This document shows, piece after piece, positions 8,311 through 14,503 of a stretch of DNA of 14,503 nt (its first letter is position 1; each line of letters starts with the position of its first letter). The notes beneath the pieces are model-generated. The model was not told where the DNA came from and made no database searches. It was given only the letters and a program-made list of their open reading frames with translations. The DNA comes from Candidatus Hermodarchaeota archaeon (GTDB lineage Archaea > Asgardarchaeota > Lokiarchaeia > Sigyniarchaeales > SOKP01). The stretch covers positions 1 through 14,503 of the forward strand of contig JBHLLG010000059.1 of NCBI GenBank assembly GCA_048885925.1, read 5' to 3'. The translations under genes and the position numbers were made by a program.

Positions 8311-9129
8311 ATGAAAGATAAAACAATCACAAAATCTTCCATGTTATCTTTTTTTTTCGAGGATCCTAAATATGAAGCTGTAGAAAGAGAAATTGATAAC
8401 GCGAAGATAAAATACTATTATTTTGATTCAGAAATTACATTAAAAACTGAAAAAAAACAAGTCCTCAATGGAAGCTTACTACTGGGAAATGGAATTTTGA
8501 TTTATGATAATAATGAATATGAATTAAATCAATTTGATATCTTTTTTATTCCACCTGAAAAAGAATTAATAATGAGAGGGAATTCAGCTTCAAAAAATAA
8601 AATCGTTTTAATTTTAAGCTCTGTAGACGAAAAAGTAGATATTAATTTTGAGATACAAAGATATAAGTTAAAAAATTTTATTGAACGAGGTGAGAGTTGT
8701 TCTGCTGAAAAAATGTCAACTTATAGAAAAGTATGGACAGCTTTTAAAAAGGGGTTCTTTATGTCGGGTATAACATATATTCCCAATAGTTCATTGAAGA
8801 CTGGAGTCGTTACAAGTGTTAATTTAGAAAAAGATAAAAAAGAAGGAAATATTGAAATCTATTCTCATATTCATCCACAATTTCCTGAATTATATATTTT
8901 TCTCATTGATGATGATAATTATGCTATTACCCAATATTTGATAAATTCTAGAGGACAATCCGTATGTAAAGATTTATCTAATGGAGATGGTTTATTTTTC
9001 CCGGGAGATTTGGGTCATATTAATTTTGCTAAACCTTTTTATAAGGATTTAAAATATTGTTCATACATTTGGTTTATTCCAACTTTTGGTAAAAAAAAGC
9101 AAATTGAACCAATAACATTAAAAGTTTAA
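8311..9129 (+). CDS. Uncharacterised bicupin protein, IolB/KduI-like architecture (putative sugar-acid isomerase)
   Basis: C-terminal cupin metal motifs HIHPQFPE (HxH-x4-E) and GDGLFFPGDLGH, with a degenerate N-terminal cupin (YELNQFDIFFIPP). 272 aa. Confidence 0.6.
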   Translation: MKDKTITKSSMLSFFFEDPKYEAVEREIDNAKIKYYYFDSEITLKTEKKQVLNGSLLLGNGILIYDNNEYELNQFDIFFIPPEKELIMRGNSASKNKIVLILSSVDEKVDINFEIQRYKLKNFIERGESCSAEKMSTYRKVWTAFKKGFFMSGITYIPNSSLKTGVVTSVNLEKDKKEGNIEIYSHIHPQFPELYIFLIDDDNYAITQYLINSRGQSVCKDLSNGDGLFFPGDLGHINFAKPFYKDLKYCSYIWFIPTFGKKKQIEPITLKV

Positions 9130-9176
9130 AAAATTCAATCCTTTTATTACTTATACATAATATTGTGTGAAATTAC

Positions 9177-10148
9177 ATGAATTCAAAATGGAATTTACCA
9201 ATAAAGGAAGGACATATGGATAAACCCAGTGGGATTTATCTTCAAAATATGTCCATAACAGAAATAAAAGATAGAATAAAAAATAATGATCTTATTATCA
9301 TTCCTTGCGGTTCTACTGAAAATCATGGACCAGCTGCCTGTATTGGCGAAGATACATTCTTAGTCACTAGAATGGCGGAAGTTATCGCCCAAAAAACTGG
9401 ATGTACTGTTGCTCAACCAACTTGGTATGGTTCTCATCCTTATCATCATTTAGGAATGCCTGGAACTATTGTTGTTCCCGAAGAGACTTTTAAATCGTTA
9501 TTAAGATCAGTAATGGCAGGATGTTGGAATATGGGCTTTAGAAAAATGATATTGCTAAATGGGCATGGTCAAGAATATGTAATACCCTCTGCAATTCATG
9601 AATTTGCTAAAAACTATCAATTACCTATGGTTGTGTGTAATGTCAATTGGTATCACGCAATTCCTAAGCATTGTATGGATCAAGAGCACGGTGGTCCATT
9701 TGAAACGCCTTTCATTCATGCAGATGAAGCTGAAACTTCTTTCTCAATGACTTTATTTCCAGAAATGGTAAAGAAAATAGATCAATGTGAGGATAATATT
9801 CCAATAAGTTGGATGCCAGATGGTCATGTTGATAAAGCTGGAAATCTATATCAAAAACCTATTAAATGGTATGGTCAGGTAGGATTTGGTCCTATTGAAG
9901 TGTCTGCTTACCCAGAAGGACATGTAGGATGTCCGAGTAAAGCAACTTTTGAAAAAGGAAAACCTGGTATTGAGGCGTTTCTAGATTACTTAGAAAAACT
10001 TGTTAATGACATATTAAAAACCTTTCCTCCAGGAGAACTTCCTCCTACCGAAGGAATAACTCAAAGAGATCCAAAGGAAATTGAACCTTACATAAAAGGT
10101 CCGCTAAATGGAGGTAAAAGCATCTATGAGCTTAGATATCCTCCCTAA
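9177..10148 (+). CDS. iolN: 3-dehydro-scyllo-inosose hydrolase (creatininase family)
   Basis: GSTENHG, GEDT, YGSHPYHH.GMPGT, NGHGQE, GGPFETPFIHADEAETS and GHVDKAG resemble Thermotoga IolN. Confidence 0.88.
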   Translation: MNSKWNLPIKEGHMDKPSGIYLQNMSITEIKDRIKNNDLIIIPCGSTENHGPAACIGEDTFLVTRMAEVIAQKTGCTVAQPTWYGSHPYHHLGMPGTIVVPEETFKSLLRSVMAGCWNMGFRKMILLNGHGQEYVIPSAIHEFAKNYQLPMVVCNVNWYHAIPKHCMDQEHGGPFETPFIHADEAETSFSMTLFPEMVKKIDQCEDNIPISWMPDGHVDKAGNLYQKPIKWYGQVGFGPIEVSAYPEGHVGCPSKATFEKGKPGIEAFLDYLEKLVNDILKTFPPGELPPTEGITQRDPKEIEPYIKGPLNGGKSIYELRYPP

Positions 10149-10252
10149 TTACTTTATTTATTTTATAAAAATTAAAATTACTTAGGATAGAATTATACTA
10201 AATCTTTTGTACCAAATTCTAAAGAAAAAGAAAGAGAAAAAAAGATTATTGC

Positions 10253-10735
10253 TTATATTTTTGCTCCACAATAAGCACAGAATTGTGCTGCTTCTTTAGA
10301 TATTGGAGTTCCGCAGTTAGCACAAAATTTTGCGACATTTCCTACAACTACTTCTTTTTCTGGGATTGATAAATGTTTAATTTGACCTGTTGCAGAATTA
10401 AATTTTGCTCTTAACTGACCTGAAGCTTTTAAATCTAAAATAATAGCATTAACGTCTTTTCCTGTTATTCCTGTACTTCTAACAATATCTTCTATAGTTG
10501 CTTCTGGATTTGCTTGCATTTCACCTAATACAACATTCCTTAATTTACTTCTATTAGTAATTGCGAATATTTGACTAATTAGAATAGCTAAACCGATTCC
10601 TGTTGAGATAAATCCCCACCAGGACCATTCATCCCATGGAATAAATGAGGTGATCCCCCAGTATAAGAAAGCTCCCGCAATGATCAAAGCACATATAGAA
10701 AATCCTTCAGAATATTGATTTTTTTCATATTTCAT
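10253..10735 (-). CDS. Membrane protein: 2 TM helices, winged-helix (PCI/HTH-like) region and C-terminal zinc ribbon
   Basis: Two hydrophobic helices, ATIEDIVRSTGITGKDVNAIILDLKASGQLRAKF, and FCANCG...FCAYCG. ATG 10735 is preferred over GTG 10747. Confidence 0.75.
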   Translation of the reverse strand: MKYEKNQYSEGFSICALIIAGAFLYWGITSFIPWDEWSWWGFISTGIGLAILISQIFAITNRSKLRNVVLGEMQANPEATIEDIVRSTGITGKDVNAIILDLKASGQLRAKFNSATGQIKHLSIPEKEVVVGNVAKFCANCGTPISKEAAQFCAYCGAKI

Positions 10736-10890
10736 TTTAACTAGCACTTTTTTATGTATAACTAGATCAATTTTTGAATTGTATAATTAGTTGATGTTTA
10801 TTTTTTATGTATTTATTTTGAATTTATTAAAAATATTTTTTTGAAAGCTCTTTTGAATTATAATAAAAATAAGTTAATCAAAAAAGTAAT

Positions 10891-11253
10891 TCAATTTGTT
10901 ATTATACACTTATTTATAATCTCAAAAATTAATTTAAAATCAATCTGATCTTCAGTTAGCACGATAACAATTTTTTGTAAAATCTTTATGGAAATTATAT
11001 AGAAATTATCCGAATGAATAACATTGAAATCAGGACTATGAACTCCTATTTCTGAGGCGATTTCCTCTGCTAACTCGTACAATTGCGACATATTTAACCC
11101 AATTGACGTTTTATTAAATTCTTGATTAATATATGATTTAATTACAACACCATTTTCAGAAGTAATTAAAATAAAATATAATCCCGACTCTCCGAATTCC
11201 TTGATTAAGCGATTCATTACTAGATCTACTTCTAAAGTAGGAGATGTTGTCAT
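10891..11253 (-). CDS. Roadblock/LC7 (profilin-like fold) family protein, putative
   Basis: 120 aa with pattern helix - GLYFILITSENGVVIKS - helix - three beta strands - helix. Confidence 0.6.
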   Translation of the reverse strand: MTTSPTLEVDLVMNRLIKEFGESGLYFILITSENGVVIKSYINQEFNKTSIGLNMSQLYELAEEIASEIGVHSPDFNVIHSDNFYIISIKILQKIVIVLTEDQIDFKLIFEIINKCIITN

Positions 11254-11377
11254 TGTAATATAATTTAATGATTTGTTTATATATAATTTTCGTTAAAATT
11301 TAATATTTCTATTAAAATTCTCACAATAATTATTCATTATCACAATGGAATAATTTAAAGGAAAATTCAAAAAGACT

Positions 11378-12196
11378 TTAGATATTAAAGTATTGATCGA
11401 TTATCATTTCGAATTTATGAAATGGACTCAAATCGCCTTTAAAAGTTAAAATATGAGAATGGTAATACTTATTTAAGAATTCTTCCATTACCAACTGCAT
11501 ATATCTTTTAACATTTTCAGAACATCGGGTTTTTTCGACTAAGTAAGCAAATATTACATCATTTTTTGTTTTAACATAGAATTGTTGATCACCTAGATCA
11601 ATATCTTCAAGTTTTAATCCATATTTTTCTCCTTCAATAAAATCGTGTGAATATATCAATATCGCTGAAATAAATCCTGCAATTTGAAGGTTATGATCAG
11701 CCATGTTTTTTCTATCTTTATTTACCTTTGAAAAGTATAAGAAACCTGCCTTATCAATTACAAAAACTCCGATAATCCCATTTGCTTTAGGAATTTTAAC
11801 TATTTCAGAACAAATCTTTTCAATATCGGAATTTTCATTACCTGAAATTATTTCTTTAAAAATACTTTTTGATAAAAAATATAATTGCGTATAATTCATT
11901 AGATTCTCTATTCTATCAATATAAGTAATAACTAACCTGTTATTTTGTTCTTTTTCGAAGAAATTCATATACACGGTAAGATTTTTTATAATGTCTTTTA
12001 AATAACCCTGTCTCTTATCCAGTAACTCATGTTTATATAAATCAATGATTTTCTTAGTGAGTGTTATCCCAATACCTTTTTGGAAAATAATTTTAACGCT
12101 TCCATTTGTATTTACCTCTGAAATCGCAAAACCCCGTACCTGGAACCTATGAGAATTTTCCTCTAAATTTAGAATATTTTTATTTAAAGTTATCAA
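11378..12196 (-). CDS. Hypothetical protein with C-terminal roadblock/longin-like domain (possibly two tandem such domains); start uncertain
   Basis: GIIGVFVIDKAGFLYFS...IAGFISAILIYS...LEDIDLG..QFYVK..NDVIFAYLV...EEFLNKY...F.GDLSPFHKFE. The first ~36 codons of the 308-aa ORF look like non-coding A/T runs. Candidate starts are 12304 (GTG), 12262 (ATG) and 12196 (TTG). Confidence 0.65.
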   Translation of the reverse strand: MITLNKNILNLEENSHRFQVRGFAISEVNTNGSVKIIFQKGIGITLTKKIIDLYKHELLDKRQGYLKDIIKNLTVYMNFFEKEQNNRLVITYIDRIENLMNYTQLYFLSKSIFKEIISGNENSDIEKICSEIVKIPKANGIIGVFVIDKAGFLYFSKVNKDRKNMADHNLQIAGFISAILIYSHDFIEGEKYGLKLEDIDLGDQQFYVKTKNDVIFAYLVEKTRCSENVKRYMQLVMEEFLNKYYHSHILTFKGDLSPFHKFEMIIDQYFNI

Positions 12197-12341
12197 AAAT
12201 CCATCAAAAAAATTGTGTGTTAAATTTCTCTTTTGTGTTAATAAAAATATAATGATTCGCATATTTAAATTTTTTTTTTGAAAAAAAAGAAGGATTTTGA
12301 ACACAAAAATCTTTGAGGAATTAAAAAATATTTTTAAAGGT

Positions 12342-13229
12342 TTAATTGAAATATTTCTGTAAAGGTTCGAAATCAGATAAATTAAATGGTTTTAAAATAG
12401 CCCCAGCAACTCCAAATTCTTCTACTTTTTTTTCAACTTCTAGGTTTGGGATTGCCGTTAAGAAAAATATTGGAATATCTTTTAATTTTTTATCCGCTCT
12501 AATTCTTTTTAATACTTCATAACCATTTAAGTCTGGTAAAATGATATCAAGGAGGATTATTTTAGGAATGTTTGTTTTCAATTCTTTAAGACCTTTGAAA
12601 CCACTTAATACTCCCTTACAAGAAATGTTTAACGATTCGAAATAACTCTTCAGAAGATTCACTGTTTCTTGATCATCTTCGATTAAGAGTAAATCATATT
12701 CCTTTTGATCATCAACTGGCTCATCTTCCTTCACTTCAAATTTATCTAAATATTCGACTATCTTTTTCTCGAGAATTAGACATTGATTTAATACATTCTT
12801 AACCATCGATAATACCTTATCTTCTAAAGTATTACCATAAACTTCAATTAATAATTGTAAATAACCCTTAATTGATGTTAATGGCTCTTTTAAATCATGT
12901 GATAAACTTGAGAGAAGATCAATGTCAACACCTTTATCTTTAATTAAAATTTTCGACCTATATTCAATAAAGAACTTTAAAGCTTCTCTAATCAATTTTG
13001 ATAGAGTAGAATAGTCATTATTATTAGCAAAATTTATCCATTCGTCTTTCACATCGGTTGATACATATAATGATATCCTTTCCTTATCAATATCATAGTC
13101 TTCTTCTCCTTTTTGCCATTTCTTAAAGCTTTCAGTAATACTTCCCCGCCAAATTGCCTTCTTCCCTGTTTCTTTCTCATACTGCTCCATCTCTTTAGTT
13201 TTTTTCAAATCATTTGGAATGATGCCCAC
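12342..13229 (-). CDS. Hybrid regulator: N-terminal Trp-containing module, ribbon-helix-helix, HisKA (H-box) and receiver domain; no HATPase
   Basis: RHH-like RISLYVSTDVKDEW...TLSKLIREAL, H-box SHDLKEPLTSIKGY (H111) and REC domain LLIEDD...LLDIILPDLNG (D228)...FLTA...LKPF. Alternative start ATG 13190. Confidence 0.85.
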   Translation of the reverse strand: MGIIPNDLKKTKEMEQYEKETGKKAIWRGSITESFKKWQKGEEDYDIDKERISLYVSTDVKDEWINFANNNDYSTLSKLIREALKFFIEYRSKILIKDKGVDIDLLSSLSHDLKEPLTSIKGYLQLLIEVYGNTLEDKVLSMVKNVLNQCLILEKKIVEYLDKFEVKEDEPVDDQKEYDLLLIEDDQETVNLLKSYFESLNISCKGVLSGFKGLKELKTNIPKIILLDIILPDLNGYEVLKRIRADKKLKDIPIFFLTAIPNLEVEKKVEEFGVAGAILKPFNLSDFEPLQKYFN

Positions 13230-13281
13230 CTGAAAATTAAATAAACTTTTTTCTTTTTATACATATTTAATAGGTTTTACA

Positions 13282-13289
13282 TATATAAA
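13282..13289 (-). promoter_or_regulatory. Probable TATA box (TTTATATA) for the RHH-HisKA-REC gene
   Basis: Minus-strand TTTATATA preceded by A-rich AAAACAAAA, about 53 nt upstream of GTG 13229. Confidence 0.45.
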
Positions 13290-13322
13290 TTTTGTTTTAC
13301 ACTAACATATCTATTTTTAGAC

Positions 13323-13364
13323 AAAAGAAAAAAAGGGCTTATCCATTTAAGATAAGCCCCTTTT
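13323..13364 (-). terminator. Hairpin plus U tract downstream of the MCP gene
   Basis: GGGCTTATC (13335-13343) N7 GATAAGCCC (13351-13359) forms a perfect 9-bp stem. On the minus strand it is followed by T7-C-T4. Confidence 0.6.
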
Positions 13365-13462
13365 GGATTAAGAATGTTTAGGATTTGCTTATATTAATTA
13401 TGAAACATGATAAAAAAAATTAGTAAAAAAAAAATTTTATTCTTACACCTTATAAGATCATA

Positions 13463-14292
13463 TCACTTATCTAGCGTTAATGAATTCTTTAAATCTTCAG
13501 CTAAGGTTCCTAATTTATGAGCTGTTGCTGTAACTTCTTCCATTGACGCTGTTTGCTGTTCTGCAGAAGCACTTATTTCTCCCATAGCACTGAAAGAAAT
13601 ATTAATTTTATTAATTACTTCTCTTATTTTATTGTTTGTATTTTTTACAGCACCTTTAGATTCTTCCGCTAATTTTCTCACTTCATCTGCAACCACTGCA
13701 AAACCTCTTCCTTGTTCACCAGCTCTACCAGCTTCAATGCTAGCATTTAATGCTAGTAAGTTAGTTTGATCTGAAATGTTAGTAATAATACTCATTACAT
13801 TATTAATCTCATTATTTGACCTAATGACCTCTTCAGAATTGATTGTCATTTCTTGGGTAGAAGACACAATCTCCTCAGATGCAGCGTTAACTTCACTTGC
13901 ACTCGCTGCCAATTCATTGGCAATATTAGCTACATTTATACTTGTATTTGATGCAGCTTCTATAATACTTTTCATGTCATTAGTAGATTTTTCAAGTTTT
14001 TGCTCTAAGAAGGGGATGACGGCAAAAAATAAAGCCACTACTCCCGTAAATAAAGCAAAACTTTCTCCGAATGAGTCAGCATAGTTGGGATCCCATAATT
14101 GCCATTTATCAAGAAGATTTCCTAAGGTATATAACATACCCCCGATTACAGAAAACACATAAATTGCATTGGTTGGTGTTCTTCTTTTATAATAAATAAA
14201 AATCGAAACAAATATTGCAAGCAAAAAAAAATCACTCCAACTAAATTAAATCCCCCATCAAGGAGATCAACAGGATCAATCTGTAATAACAT
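13463..14292 (-). CDS. Methyl-accepting chemotaxis-like protein (3 TM, short signalling domain); likely true start at ATG 14292, with a frameshift in the T9 tract at 14223-14231
   Basis: Hairpin tip [40 protein letters not shown] and methylation-like [13 protein letters not shown] 14292 follows GGTGAGGT but is 68 nt from the in-frame TTG at 14224. Confidence 0.85.
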
Positions 14293-14300
14293 TTATTACC

Positions 14301-14503
14301 TCACCTTTCCACCTTTTTAACATTTAATTTTATTGGTTTTGATTTTAAGACTTTACTATAAGCTTCATAAAAAGCCGCTAAACACATAAAAATCCCAGCC
14401 ATCATCGCAAAAAGGTGCTCCATAAAATTAAAAGTATCCGGTGCAACGTATGCTTCAAGATTTGTAGATAAAAATGTTATAAATAAAGCATAATAACCTG
14501 GAA
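14301..14503 (-). CDS. Small integral membrane protein, 5'-truncated by the window edge (not in the ORF track)
   Basis: Translated by hand from 14501: PGYYALFITFLSTNLEAYVAPDTFNFMEHLFAMMAGIFMCLAAFYEAYSKVLKSKPIKLNVKKVER*. Its TGA overlaps the RBS of the MCP gene. Confidence 0.75.
   Translation of the reverse strand, partial: PGYYALFITFLSTNLEAYVAPDTFNFMEHLFAMMAGIFMCLAAFYEAYSKVLKSKPIKLNVKKVER

Noticed and set aside
8311-9129. Naming the cupin iolB or kduI
   Set aside because: The diagnostic family motifs are absent and only general cupin ligands are visible.
11703-11894. 63-aa plus-strand ORF
   Set aside because: Antisense to the longin/roadblock-like gene.
12268-12288. Adjacent T and A homopolymer runs as a possible frameshift site or hairpin
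   Set aside because: Probably outside the true CDS. More simply explained as terminator-like T tracts after the regulator gene.
13776-14084. 102-aa plus-strand ORF
   Set aside because: Antisense shadow of the MCP coiled coil.

Overview
AT-rich window that looks archaeal and is most likely Asgard (Lokiarchaeia/Promethearchaeota-like). The taxon is inferred from the protein styles (roadblock/longin-like, 2TM-wHTH-Zn ribbon, short MCP), TATA/BRE elements and GGTG/GAGG ribosome-binding motifs. From left to right: the 3' end of a MalY/PatB PLP enzyme; two hypothetical genes; a Thermotoga-type myo-inositol catabolic cluster (iolG, GPH/MFS transporter, iolM, iolO, an uncharacterised IolB/KduI-like bicupin, iolN) interrupted by two tandem Hsp20 genes; then a minus-strand signalling block. 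That block encodes a partial membrane protein, a short MCP whose likely 5' end is out of frame at a T9 tract, an unusual RHH-HisKA-REC protein with no ATPase domain, two roadblock/longin-like proteins and a 2TM-wHTH-Zn-ribbon protein. No RNA genes, CRISPR arrays or mobile elements were seen. All family calls come from motif recognition by eye, not from database searches.
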